Virus record (IMG/VR): IMGVR_UViG_3300028666_000002
Direction: 5' to 3' (one strand)
Length of the DNA: 64,000 bases
Origin: a virus
The number at the start of each line of letters is the position of its first letter. The first letter of the stretch is position 1. The notes below the pieces were generated by a model that saw only the letters and a list, made by a program, of their open reading frames with translations, made no database searches and was not told the DNA's origin. Below are positions 29,191 to 39,037 of the stretch, in pieces. Position numbers and translations under genes: made by a program.

Positions 29191-29949
29191 TTATTTTAAT
29201 ATATCACATTTGTTTTCATTTTGAAATAAAATTTTACCAGTGGCTACGGCAGTACTTTGTGAAGTGCCGCTAGCCTGTAAACCAAATCCAATTACTTTTT
29301 CTCCAATCTCCCAACGACTTATGACTCTTCCATAATTAGAGACTCTGGCTACGGTACCGTCCCTGTTCAGCATTCCAACGGAAATCACCCTAGGATCATA
29401 TGAAGATGGGTAGTGTCTGCGAAAAGGAAAGTCTAAATCTAATCCCTCGTTACCTGCGGCTGTAACAAAGGTACCACCACGGTCCAAAAAGCTAATCACA
29501 GCGATTCTTTCCTCTAAAGAAGGCGTATAACCGCCAGCGCTATAATTGATATATTTGGCTCCTATAGAAGTGGCGTAATTGATTGCATCTATAGTACTTC
29601 TCAGGGTATCTCTACTTCTATCTTTTCTGTAAAATTTCAGTACAACGATGCAATAGTTAATACCATGTGTATAATTATCTATAACTCCCACAATATTTGT
29701 ACCATGACCAATGGTGTCCAGGGGAATCAGATCTTGCGTATGGTATGTGTTAGTGAAGATATTCTCTCCAGAATAATCTCGATGACCAGTTTGACACAAT
29801 TTAGCGTCCAAACCCCTATCATCAAAACCAAAACCTGTATCTATCACTGCTACCTTGACAGGGTTACATTGTGCGTATAATATATTTAAATTTAAAACAA
29901 CAAATAATAATGCAATTAACCGTGTTATATCTTTTGTTTTTTTAACCAT
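29191..29949 (-). CDS. Subtilisin-like S8 serine protease with N-terminal signal peptide
   Basis: VAVIDTG (Asp), HGTNIVG (His), AAGNE (oxyanion Asn), SGTSQST (Ser); hydrophobic N-terminus. Confidence 0.88.
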   Translation of the reverse strand: MVKKTKDITRLIALLFVVLNLNILYAQCNPVKVAVIDTGFGFDDRGLDAKLCQTGHRDYSGENIFTNTYHTQDLIPLDTIGHGTNIVGVIDNYTHGINYCIVVLKFYRKDRSRDTLRSTIDAINYATSIGAKYINYSAGGYTPSLEERIAVISFLDRGGTFVTAAGNEGLDLDFPFRRHYPSSYDPRVISVGMLNRDGTVARVSNYGRVISRWEIGEKVIGFGLQASGTSQSTAVATGKILFQNENKCDILK

Positions 29950-30640
29950 TTTTATTTTTATATATAGTGTTGATTTTATTTAAAAATTCTTCTTCATCTA
30001 TATCTTGTTTCATAAAGTTGCATGGAGCACAGCAAGGAACACATCTATTTAATTCATAATTATCAGAATTATTTTTTCTATCTATACCATTTACTAAAAT
30101 TTTACGATCTATAGGAATATTATCTATTTTTTCTTGAGAAGTCAACGGTATTCGGACTGGAGATGCGTTGCAATAGTAGCAATTTTTAGAGATCAATATT
30201 TTAAATTGTTTAAAAGTTAACTTGAATTTCAAATTTCTCTTCTTGGCAGCATATTTGTACATTTTATATCTAGCCCTATACTGATTTTTCTCTAAATTTT
30301 TTCTACGTAAACAGCCACAGGAATTTATGTTCATAGACATCAATACATCATATCTTACCGGCCTTTCGGCACCACACCTACATTTACAGTTATAAAATGT
30401 TATTTTATCTCCTCTTCCCGCATAAGATATTACTGTTAGTAGTCCTATTTTTCTACCTATCATAGATTCACGTATAGTATTGGTTTTATTAATTTTTAGA
30501 TATCTATCCATACGTTTATTGATAGAATCTAAACTCCTTTTGAGCTTTATGGCCATTTCTTTGCGAGTCATGATCGTAAAATTATCTTTTAAAAATTGAT
30601 CTTGCTCTTCTGACCATGGATTTTTTATACGTCCGTCCAT
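29942..30640 (-). CDS. HNH-family homing endonuclease
   Basis: IG.K.G.LTV...C.C.CG...SCGC and CYYC...NGIDR.....Y...CVPCC..CN.MK. Confidence 0.82.
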   Translation of the reverse strand: MDGRIKNPWSEEQDQFLKDNFTIMTRKEMAIKLKRSLDSINKRMDRYLKINKTNTIRESMIGRKIGLLTVISYAGRGDKITFYNCKCRCGAERPVRYDVLMSMNINSCGCLRRKNLEKNQYRARYKMYKYAAKKRNLKFKLTFKQFKILISKNCYYCNASPVRIPLTSQEKIDNIPIDRKILVNGIDRKNNSDNYELNRCVPCCAPCNFMKQDIDEEEFLNKINTIYKNKNG

Positions 30641-30641
30641 A

Positions 30642-33600
30642 TTATCCTTCCACCACTATCTCTATGATATTCATATCTTTTTTACCAACCCTTTTTCTCA
30701 TAAAAACTGTAGCAATACATCCTTTTTTGAATTCTTTGGGATATACAAGCTCTCCAGTGTTATAATCTGGCCACAAAACTCTTTCGATAGTATCGCTACC
30801 ACTATCTAAGATTGTCTTCAGCGCCCTTTTGGTGGGGTTATTTTTGGGATATGAAAATTCCTTAGCTTCTACAACAAAACATGTCGATGCTACATAGATA
30901 TCTTTTTGTAATGACTCTCCGGATATATCATCTAATCGTTTCAGACGTTCTCCGTCAATCAGCAGAGTATCATATCCGCGAGAGCTTGTTACGGTAGACT
31001 GTGCTTTGGTAGGATCAGAACTTAGGACTTTAGAATACTTCTTTCCAAGACCATACAAATCTACCGGCAGGCTGGGCAATACCGATTTTCTCATGGCGGC
31101 ATCTTTAACAGGATGCAAATTGACGTATTCTTCTGGAATCTTACCGTCTTTTGGCTGTGTTGCTCTGATCTTTTTACCTTCTTTTTCTGCCTTAGCCAGC
31201 TTATTTTTAAAGTTTTTGCGTTCTACAGCATCTTCGTAAAGCTTCAACTTTTCCAGCAAATTGATCTTTGGAGGAAATAGACTATCCAAAAGGCCTACAT
31301 GTATCAGTTTATGCGATAGAGAATTTCCAGCAACCTCTTTATCTACAAAATCTTGAATGTCTTTGTAGGGTCTTCCAGCTACGATGGGCTCGATAGTAGC
31401 CTCTCCAATACCTCTGATAACGCCAAGCTTCGAGCGAATTTTCTCATTGGAATAGTCTACAACCATAGTGTCGCTGGATAAATTGATGTCTGGTGGAGAA
31501 ATGAACTCTTTAACATAAGGCCAAAAAGTTCCGGTGATTTCTTTTTCATCGGCATTGGTCAATACGGCAGCCCACCATTCCAATGGATAGTAATGCTTGA
31601 GAAACATGCAGGCATAAGTGATCATGGCATATTCTACAGCATGAATGATGGAAAATCCGTATCTACCGAAAGTAACCATTCGTTCCCAGATGGATTCTGC
31701 AGTTTCTTCGGAAACTTTATTTTTGGCACTTTTGATGAAATCAGGTTTCATATCCATGAGTTCTTTCATCTTTTTCTTGGCCATGTTCTTACGAAGTTTT
31801 TCTGCCTTTTCACCAGGAAATCCGGCTAAGTCACGAGCTATCTTGTTGAGTTGTTCCTGAAATACGATAATTCCGTAAGTTTCTGGCAGCAATTCAGCAA
31901 GTTCTACAATGTCTGGTGTAGACTCGCCACGCCTTCTCAAGATATATTCTTGGACCATGTTTCGCCCGGTCTTTTCGTCAATGAAGTCCATAGGACCGGG
32001 ACGGACCAGAGCTTGAATGGTAGCGATATCCATGATGTTTTTGGGCAAAATCTCTATAACGTTCGGAATCATTGATTTGGTGTTGATTTGGAAAAGAGTC
32101 TCACAAGCTCCGCCCCAGACGCTCTTAAATACTTCCGGAACTTCAGGAAGATCCCAAACATAGGCGAGTTCATTGTTGTGGGTAAAATATCCAACCGTAT
32201 TTTTCTCATTATTCTTTTTATTGATTAAATCAAGGCATACGCGCACATCTCGCAACTGATGGATAACTAGAAAGTCATATTTGATAAGACCGGCAGATTC
32301 GCATTCTTTAGCCTCATATTGAGTAACGTTGCCATCTTTTACCGGAACGATATCTTTAATCGGAATGTCACTCAAAACAAAAGCAGAAGCGTGTCGAGAA
32401 AATGATCTGGTTAAACCCATGGCTTTACTAACAATATCCCATTCTTCTGGCCTTTCTTGGGCATATTTTTGTAAATCATCAGATAATTCTACCAATCCGG
32501 GAATATGCTCGCCATCGCTATCTTCGTAACCAAATACGAACTGATGGTCATTTACGCCCTGTGGTGGCGTTGGAAGGCCCGTACTGAACGTTTCTATAGC
32601 AGCCTCTACCTTACCATTAAAATATCTATTGGTGTCCTTTATGGCACTTTTAAGACGTATTGTGGTGCGCGTGGATATCTGCGCCGCCTTACTTCCATAA
32701 CGGCCATATAGATACCCAGAATGGCCGTCTTCTCCCACCAAAAGTTCGCGTGATTCAAGGTCTACATCAATATCAGGAAGTTCTTTAGTCATGATACGAT
32801 CCATAGAGAAGAAGCGAGTGAATGGCAAATCGTATTTAAATGGATTAACTTGAGTAATTCCCAATAGATAACAGAATAAACTACCGCCAGCGCTACCACG
32901 ACCAGGACCGGCCAAAAGACCATTTTCCTTGTAGAAATTCAGAACATCTCTAATAGGAAGAAAATATGGAGTCAAATCTTTTACTGGATTTTTTGCAATA
33001 ACTTCAAGTTCTTCCCTAAGTCTAGCGGCATATCTGGGGTCGTCCCATCGCATACGACCATTTTCTTTAATGATCTGCATCGCTTGCTTAATAGGTTCCG
33101 GTCCAGAATCAGCTAAACGCCAGTCATATTTGAGTTCTAGTTTATCGTAGCGCTTACAAAACAACTCCTGGTTGTCAGTTATGCTTGAAATTAAACTGTC
33201 ACTTAGTTCCATCGCCTCTTTTAGGTATGTTGTCATTTCTTCCGATGACTTCATGTAAAGGTTAGGCTGAAGTTTATTGGTTCCCTCTTGTCGCATCGTT
33301 TGAACGACCTTATCCTCTTTTTTGGCGTAATATGCGTAATCACTAACCAAAATAGGAACATTATATTTTTGCGCTAGGGTTAAAAGCAATTTATTGACTT
33401 TTAGAAGAATATCTCCGCCTGGCAACGGCAGAAACCCCTTATGAAGCTTTACGGAGGCGATATCGCTATTGATTTCTTTGTTTACATTGTTGGAGAAAAT
33501 AGACTTTAATGTGGTATGGCCAGAACGCTCTGTCAAATCTAAGGCCTTAAATCTCCTAGCCCTATCGGTAGTTATTAAGTCATTGGCTAAGCAAGATACT

Positions 33601-34193
33601 TTGGTACCGTCTATAAGCTCTATTTCAATAACGCTATTCCATTTTTTAGTCCATGGTTCGCAAATTAAAGAAACGAATAGGCGATCTGGAAATATCTGCT
33701 TTAGCTTAAGAAATACAGTTTCCCCAACATCAGTGCCAGCCAACAACGTTTTCCCAACCATACAATGGGGGCCGCCAAGGACTATATCAATGTCGAATTT
33801 AGCAATAGCCTCTAAATCCTTCCAAGACCAAAGTTGTTGAACTTCTTCGTAAATTTCAATAGTTGGAAAGTCAGTTTGACTAACCACCCTACACAGTTCT
33901 TGATAAGCTTCCTGATTTTTACAGAAAAGAGTTGCCGTAAAATATTTGCAACGATTGGCGGTAGTGCCCGACACAATTGGACAGGTAGAATCTTTAAAAT
34001 AAATTTCTAGCCCAGGAATAAATTTTAGACCTTTTTTCTTAACTAAAGAATATGTTTTGAGACAAGAAGATAAGTGTCCATGGTCGGTGTAAGCAAAATG
34101 TGTGCGACCCAATGTTACCGCTCTATCAACCATGTTGGTGATAGTGCTACCGGTTAATGGTGATTCACAGTGAGTATGTAATGAAACTTTCAT
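30642..34193 (-). CDS. dnaE: DNA polymerase III alpha subunit (family C)
   Basis: PHP motifs LHTHCE, TDHG; GPGRGSAGGSL..YLLGIT; PDIDVD; HASA; GLIKYDFL; RPGP; YG.IVFQEQ; YGF...HA..Y. Confidence 0.95.
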   Translation of the reverse strand: MKVSLHTHCESPLTGSTITNMVDRAVTLGRTHFAYTDHGHLSSCLKTYSLVKKKGLKFIPGLEIYFKDSTCPIVSGTTANRCKYFTATLFCKNQEAYQELCRVVSQTDFPTIEIYEEVQQLWSWKDLEAIAKFDIDIVLGGPHCMVGKTLLAGTDVGETVFLKLKQIFPDRLFVSLICEPWTKKWNSVIEIELIDGTKVSCLANDLITTDRARRFKALDLTERSGHTTLKSIFSNNVNKEINSDIASVKLHKGFLPLPGGDILLKVNKLLLTLAQKYNVPILVSDYAYYAKKEDKVVQTMRQEGTNKLQPNLYMKSSEEMTTYLKEAMELSDSLISSITDNQELFCKRYDKLELKYDWRLADSGPEPIKQAMQIIKENGRMRWDDPRYAARLREELEVIAKNPVKDLTPYFLPIRDVLNFYKENGLLAGPGRGSAGGSLFCYLLGITQVNPFKYDLPFTRFFSMDRIMTKELPDIDVDLESRELLVGEDGHSGYLYGRYGSKAAQISTRTTIRLKSAIKDTNRYFNGKVEAAIETFSTGLPTPPQGVNDHQFVFGYEDSDGEHIPGLVELSDDLQKYAQERPEEWDIVSKAMGLTRSFSRHASAFVLSDIPIKDIVPVKDGNVTQYEAKECESAGLIKYDFLVIHQLRDVRVCLDLINKKNNEKNTVGYFTHNNELAYVWDLPEVPEVFKSVWGGACETLFQINTKSMIPNVIEILPKNIMDIATIQALVRPGPMDFIDEKTGRNMVQEYILRRRGESTPDIVELAELLPETYGIIVFQEQLNKIARDLAGFPGEKAEKLRKNMAKKKMKELMDMKPDFIKSAKNKVSEETAESIWERMVTFGRYGFSIIHAVEYAMITYACMFLKHYYPLEWWAAVLTNADEKEITGTFWPYVKEFISPPDINLSSDTMVVDYSNEKIRSKLGVIRGIGEATIEPIVAGRPYKDIQDFVDKEVAGNSLSHKLIHVGLLDSLFPPKINLLEKLKLYEDAVERKNFKNKLAKAEKEGKKIRATQPKDGKIPEEYVNLHPVKDAAMRKSVLPSLPVDLYGLGKKYSKVLSSDPTKAQSTVTSSRGYDTLLIDGERLKRLDDISGESLQKDIYVASTCFVVEAKEFSYPKNNPTKRALKTILDSGSDTIERVLWPDYNTGELVYPKEFKKGCIATVFMRKRVGKKDMNIIEIVVEG

Positions 34194-34243
34194 GTCTTTT
34201 TAGTATTACACAAAAAGTAATATTATTCAATCCAAAAAATATT

Positions 34244-34492
34244 TTATCCATCTTTACCATCTTGTACTATTTCCCATCCTTTTTCTTGAAACTTTTTACA
34301 CATTTTCTCTATAGATACTGCTATTCTAGCACTCTCAAATTTAAACTTATCTCTTAGATCATAGAAACTCATCCAAGATTGGATGTTATGCCATTGACCG
34401 TAGCTGTCAGTGTATCCAGATGCATGCAAGCCTAGATAGAAATTTTCTTTATCTTTACGAAGTAAGATGTCCTTACTTTCTAAATCTTTCAT
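34244..34492 (-). CDS. Hypothetical protein
   Basis: 82-aa ORF in operon. Confidence 0.5.
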   Translation of the reverse strand: MKDLESKDILLRKDKENFYLGLHASGYTDSYGQWHNIQSWMSFYDLRDKFKFESARIAVSIEKMCKKFQEKGWEIVQDGKDG

Positions 34493-34494
34493 TG

Positions 34495-35136
34495 TTATTC
34501 CGATTCCAACAAAACTATCAAATCTTGTGTTTGACCGCCATCTTTTTTACTATTCATAATTTCTAGGAGCTTCTTGTATACATCTAAAGTGGCAAGGGTA
34601 TCTTCTTTTGCGTTGTGAAAATTACGTTTAGGTAATTGAAGATAATCAATAACTGTATTCAAACTTCCTAAATCCTGAGGAAACCAACCACAATCTTTCA
34701 GAAAATCAACATTTTGCATAACATCAACATGTTTATAGTGTAGGAGGCCTTCCCATTCTTTAGGAGATAAAAGATAATGCTGACTCCATTTTACGTCAAA
34801 TGGTACGTTATATCCCAAAGGGCGAATATTGATCGATCTACCAATTTTCTTTGAATATCTTTTTAACATGGCCACAAGCTTATCGTGGCCCTCGGAGTAA
34901 GCAACAGTTTCTGGATCTGCCAGGTGAGCTTTAATGTCAATTCCATTAACCTTAAGGGCGCCAGCTTCAGCTATCGGTAACCTACCGTCATTAGGTTTCA
35001 ATTTGAGATATAGTTCTTCAACCAATTTCAGATCTTCATCAAAAATGCCGCCATAAAATGTAAGAAGGTCAGCATCTTGAGGATTTAACCCTCCAGTCTC
35101 AGTATCAAACGCCATCACAAACTTATCTCTAGTCAC
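34495..35136 (-). CDS. DEDDh 3'-5' exonuclease (DnaQ/RNase T-like)
   Basis: FDTETGGL, GYNVPFD, HNA..D. Confidence 0.88.
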   Translation of the reverse strand: MTRDKFVMAFDTETGGLNPQDADLLTFYGGIFDEDLKLVEELYLKLKPNDGRLPIAEAGALKVNGIDIKAHLADPETVAYSEGHDKLVAMLKRYSKKIGRSINIRPLGYNVPFDVKWSQHYLLSPKEWEGLLHYKHVDVMQNVDFLKDCGWFPQDLGSLNTVIDYLQLPKRNFHNAKEDTLATLDVYKKLLEIMNSKKDGGQTQDLIVLLESE

Positions 35137-35672
35137 GCGCTCTCCTTGGATATAAAAGTACTCGGCTTAATGAGATTTCTGTATTCGATCTCATAGCGAG
35201 ATTGGTCGTAAGTAAAGTTATTATTTCTAGTTCCAGCTGGGATGAGCTTTGCTTTATCTAGAAAACTCTTTTTTGAAATGAATCCGGTAATCCACACCTT
35301 ACTAGAATCATTTTTAACCCTGCAAAATATGTAGAAGCCAACTTCTCTATCGGCCTGTTCCTCGTAAAGTGTGCCTACAAAACTGAGGCCTGGAGCGCTA
35401 TTGCAACCCTGTGCTTTAACATCAAAAGTTACATCTTTCAAAAAGAAATCTACTTTTGGATCTTTACTAAACTCTAGCTTGCTATAAACTTCTTTAACAG
35501 CCATTTCTGCTAGATAGCCGGTCATTCTTTGTCTGGACTTATCTGTTCGGTGTGTTCCTGTGTTGCCTAGTTTCTTGAAGAATTCGTGATTACGCTTCTC
35601 AGCATTGGCAATCATTTCTTTAGTCAGTGTAACCTCTACAAAACCTGAATTATTGATTACCCAATTTTTCAT
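35133..35672 (-). CDS. Putative PD-(D/E)xK nuclease-fold protein
   Basis: GYLAE...VDF......FDVK...YIFCRV...VWI.G. Confidence 0.55.
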   Translation of the reverse strand: MKNWVINNSGFVEVTLTKEMIANAEKRNHEFFKKLGNTGTHRTDKSRQRMTGYLAEMAVKEVYSKLEFSKDPKVDFFLKDVTFDVKAQGCNSAPGLSFVGTLYEEQADREVGFYIFCRVKNDSSKVWITGFISKKSFLDKAKLIPAGTRNNNFTYDQSRYEIEYRNLIKPSTFISKESA

Positions 35673-36319
35673 CTGAGCTTATCCTCTCGAATCTCCAAGA
35701 GACTGCCTCTAGTACCGTGGATACTTCTATCATAGTCTTCGCATATGTTGTTGTCAAGATCGATAACTTTTAATTTGTCTTTATAGTAAAAACAGACGAC
35801 ACCTAGCTTTTTGGTACCTATGGCTGTTTTACCAGAAATAAGTGCTTCTATCTTATCTGCTTTTTTATTGACTTGAAGTCTGGCCTCGTTGGCAAGTTTA
35901 TCGCAGCGTTCATTATGTTCGTCACCGGTATGACCTTCTACCCATCTAGTTTGAACATTCATTAGGTTTACTAATAGTTTAAGTCGTTTATATTTTTCGA
36001 TTTTATCTTGTTGTCGAAAGGTATACGTACCGTTAGTCCATCCTAAAACCAATTGACTATCGGCAACCAGGGTAACGGTCGGGTCAGATATACGTACAAA
36101 TTTTGTTTTACTCAAATCTTGAGGTTGGTTAATAAAGCCATAGACTGCCTCTAGTCCCTGAATAGCGGCTTCTAATTCTGCATCATTATTGCTAGCTTTT
36201 TCTAAATGACCGGAGCCTTCTGAGTGTTTTATACCATCTACCAATACCACATAGCCCCAACCGCCAGGTTTACTATTGACAGTAGCTGAGCCGTCCGAGT
36301 AAACCTCGATGATGGTCAT
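35669..36319 (-). CDS. rnhA: Ribonuclease HI with C-terminal extension
   Basis: YSDGS...PGGWG, NN.AEL.A.I.GL, DSQLV, WVEGH.G...NERCD.LA. Confidence 0.92.
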   Translation of the reverse strand: MTIIEVYSDGSATVNSKPGGWGYVVLVDGIKHSEGSGHLEKASNNDAELEAAIQGLEAVYGFINQPQDLSKTKFVRISDPTVTLVADSQLVLGWTNGTYTFRQQDKIEKYKRLKLLVNLMNVQTRWVEGHTGDEHNERCDKLANEARLQVNKKADKIEALISGKTAIGTKKLGVVCFYYKDKLKVIDLDNNICEDYDRSIHGTRGSLLEIREDKLR

Positions 36320-36561
36320 TTTGTTTCGACTTTCTCGATTGGTGTAAGGGGAGTGCCCACGCCAGTGACCTGAAGAAGGGCGTTTGCAATATAATGGGCC
36401 TCTTCAGGAGATCCAGAGAATACAAGTTCTGTGGGTTGCAAATTGTTGAGTCCAGGAAAAATCTTGGGATCTGGAATAAAAGTTCTATGAATGTACACGG
36501 TCCCATTCATTTCTTGAACATCAAACTTATTCTCTTTAGTATTAATAGTTATCTTATTCAT
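36316..36561 (-). CDS. Hypothetical protein
   Basis: 81-aa ORF overlapping its neighbours. Confidence 0.5.
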   Translation of the reverse strand: MNKITINTKENKFDVQEMNGTVYIHRTFIPDPKIFPGLNNLQPTELVFSGSPEEAHYIANALLQVTGVGTPLTPIEKVETK

Positions 36562-36787
36562 CTTCGTTTACCATTCCTTCTCTTAGTTTCTCTATCGATT
36601 CCTCGTAAAGCTCTTCCACTTTCTCTTCTGGAATTGCCAGCAATCTGGCTATAACCGTATTATCTACCCCTTCCGGATTTTTTGCAAGAAATTTTGTTAT
36701 GGAATTGCTGCATTTAGGGCATCTGATGTAATCCTCTTCTTCAGCTATCTTTCTTTGAATTTCAACTTTGTCCATTTTTGCCCCCAA
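36554..36787 (-). CDS. Small HTH (sigma region 4-like) protein
   Basis: IARLL.I.EE.VEELY..SIEKLR pattern. Confidence 0.5.
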   Translation of the reverse strand: MGAKMDKVEIQRKIAEEEDYIRCPKCSNSITKFLAKNPEGVDNTVIARLLAIPEEKVEELYEESIEKLREGMVNEDE

Positions 36788-37151
36788 AATCTACCTGAAT
36801 CACATTATTATTAATGGCGTTTTGCTTTTTTTCCAATTCTTTCTTCAAATTAGATAAATAACCCTGAGTATCGCTTACCGCTTTACTCAAATCAGCCCTA
36901 TTATTTACCATCATAACAATTCTGGTTCTGGTTTTTGCCAACTCATCCCTTACTTTCTTAAATTCATGGGCCAAAACTACTATCTGATGACTTTTAAGAT
37001 ATGTAAGATTGGTCACTAAATCAGTTTCTAGAGTTGACAGAGCTTGAATATCTCTGCTTATTCCAGAAATATTAATCTGAACAGTTTTTATTCTGATTTC
37101 AGTATCTTTAACTTCTCGTTCTAATTTTGCCAGTTCTTCTATTTTGCCCAT
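36762..37151 (-). CDS. Coiled-coil hypothetical protein
   Basis: Heptad-rich 129-aa ORF. Confidence 0.55.
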   Translation of the reverse strand: MGKIEELAKLEREVKDTEIRIKTVQINISGISRDIQALSTLETDLVTNLTYLKSHQIVVLAHEFKKVRDELAKTRTRIVMMVNNRADLSKAVSDTQGYLSNLKKELEKKQNAINNNVIQVDFGGKNGQS

Positions 37152-37192
37152 ATTCCACGTATGGCTTAAATCACGATTATTCCTTTTATGGC

Positions 37193-37936
37193 CTAAAGCG
37201 TGATCAGCTTCCCCTCAATCAGGCAAGTTCCTTTGATGATAGGAACTGGAATCACATAAACGATACCAGTGGCCGTATCTAGATAGCCGATACCAAAACC
37301 CAAACTCCAGTCTTTCATGGCTTTAACCCTATGCATATAATCGATTTCTTCAACATCTCCGAGCCAGCCAAACATAGCTGAAACGTGTCTGTCACCATTC
37401 GCATTGCCTTCGACCATATATCCGATGCGATGGGTGTGACCGATAAGAACATTATGCTGAAACGTATCTAATGCTTTTTGGTGTGCGACTCTTCCACAAT
37501 TACCAGCATCATGGGTAATATTGAGTTTTCCGATCTTATATGCCTGCTTGTAAGGAACATACTTAAAGCCCTTTTCTTTCAATTCCAGAATCTTAGGAAT
37601 AGAAATAAAATCAAACAGTTCCGGGGCACGATCTTGAAGATATCTAAGCAGGCGATCTTCATGGTTTCCAGCGATGAATACATTATTTTTGGCACCAAGA
37701 GACTTGATTTGATCGAGAGCGGTCTTGGTAGATTCCACTTCTTCCTTAAGTTTTAAAGACCTATCGGGCGATTTGGAATGGCTGGAAACTCCATAAAAAT
37801 CTGCGAAATCTCCCATTATAACAATATGATGTGGTTTAAATTGTTTAGCCGCCTTTAACATCAAATTCCAGGCATTCAGGTCTACATATGGATGATGACA
37901 ATCGGGAATGAACAGGATTTTTTCAAGTTTAGACAT
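37193..37936 (-). CDS. Calcineurin-like metallophosphoesterase
   Basis: PDCH.P, GDFAD, GNHE, ITH, GHTHR. Confidence 0.9.
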   Translation of the reverse strand: MSKLEKILFIPDCHHPYVDLNAWNLMLKAAKQFKPHHIVIMGDFADFYGVSSHSKSPDRSLKLKEEVESTKTALDQIKSLGAKNNVFIAGNHEDRLLRYLQDRAPELFDFISIPKILELKEKGFKYVPYKQAYKIGKLNITHDAGNCGRVAHQKALDTFQHNVLIGHTHRIGYMVEGNANGDRHVSAMFGWLGDVEEIDYMHRVKAMKDWSLGFGIGYLDTATGIVYVIPVPIIKGTCLIEGKLITL

Positions 37937-38369
37937 CAGTATTTACTCCTAGTAAGTTATAGATTTCTTTCTTAGCTTTCATCGCTTTTACCGAAGCAGA
38001 TAGTCCACAATTTTGAGAGTTAGTGACCCATTCTACGTTGTCGAGGGTGTATCCTTTTTGAGAATTAATCCTATTTACCGTAGGGGTCATTTTCCTATCA
38101 AATTCACACATTACCCATCTTTTATACATTTGTAGAAAATCGGGATGATTTTTTGCCCAAGTGAGGAAGATATCCTTGGGCATTATAGGTTTTCCAATAT
38201 AAAGATCGGGACGATTAGTATTGGCCCCGGTAGTTACGCGATTTTTCATTGCACTATAAAGATTGTTTAAGAATCTACCTATTGTCACTTTTCTCTCATG
38301 ACTAGAGCAATAAACATCTTTATTACGAACATTCTTACTACAATCTTTATATTTGCAATTCTTCCTCAT
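37929..38369 (-). CDS. HNH-like endonuclease-fold protein
   Basis: PTVNRI.S.KGY.LDNVEWVT.S.N. Confidence 0.6.
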   Translation of the reverse strand: MRKNCKYKDCSKNVRNKDVYCSSHERKVTIGRFLNNLYSAMKNRVTTGANTNRPDLYIGKPIMPKDIFLTWAKNHPDFLQMYKRWVMCEFDRKMTPTVNRINSQKGYTLDNVEWVTNSQNCGLSASVKAMKAKKEIYNLLGVNTDV

Positions 38370-38374
38370 ATCAC

Positions 38375-39007
38375 TTAGTTAGCAGTAGTCGCGGTTGTAG
38401 GTGCTGCAGGAGCCGCTGCTGAAGAATCGGCTGGTGCCGCTTCTGTCGGAGCAGTGGTTTCTGTAGAAGTTGCCGCTGGCGCTGCTGCAGGGGCCTGAGG
38501 CGGAAGAATCGCGTAGGACTCCAAAATCTTGAAATCCAACTTTCCATCTTGAAGATGAAGGGTATCACCAACATTGGCGCCCTTGATTTTGCCCTGAAGT
38601 TCCGGAGAAAGTGCCTTGAGAGCAAATTGCACTCGCGGATTCTTAACGGTCCCATCAGTATCAAGTTCGCTACCAACAATGAAAGAATTCTCGCTAACCT
38701 GCGTCTCCGGAGCGATCACGCTCTGCAGAACCATATTATCGACCTTCTCCTTCAACTCCGAAATATTATTCTCAACCATAATGCGGTCCAGAACGGGGTC
38801 TGTAAGTTCTTCTCCACCGGCAGAGGCTTGAACAATGGCATTAACCTTATTATTCAAAAGCTTCACGGCATCCTTAAGAACCATGAAATCCCTAGCAAGG
38901 TTGTCAGATACGTTATAGAGCGAAAGAACTGCATTTTCCAAATCCGACAACTTTTGCGTAGCGCTACGGTTGTCAGTCTTTTTTTGATTTGCGGGTACAT
39001 TACTCAT
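38375..39007 (-). CDS. Hypothetical protein with Ala/Pro/Thr-rich tail
   Basis: AGGAG RBS; TGATATAAT motif upstream. Confidence 0.65.
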   Translation of the reverse strand: MSNVPANQKKTDNRSATQKLSDLENAVLSLYNVSDNLARDFMVLKDAVKLLNNKVNAIVQASAGGEELTDPVLDRIMVENNISELKEKVDNMVLQSVIAPETQVSENSFIVGSELDTDGTVKNPRVQFALKALSPELQGKIKGANVGDTLHLQDGKLDFKILESYAILPPQAPAAAPAATSTETTAPTEAAPADSSAAAPAAPTTATTAN

Positions 39008-39028
39008 TTTACTCTCCTTATTTTGTTA

Positions 39029-39037
39029 ATTATATCA
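39029..39037 (-). promoter_or_regulatory. Extended -10 type promoter motif TGATATAAT
   Basis: Reads TGATATAAT on the minus strand, ~20 nt upstream of the ATG at 39007. Confidence 0.55.
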
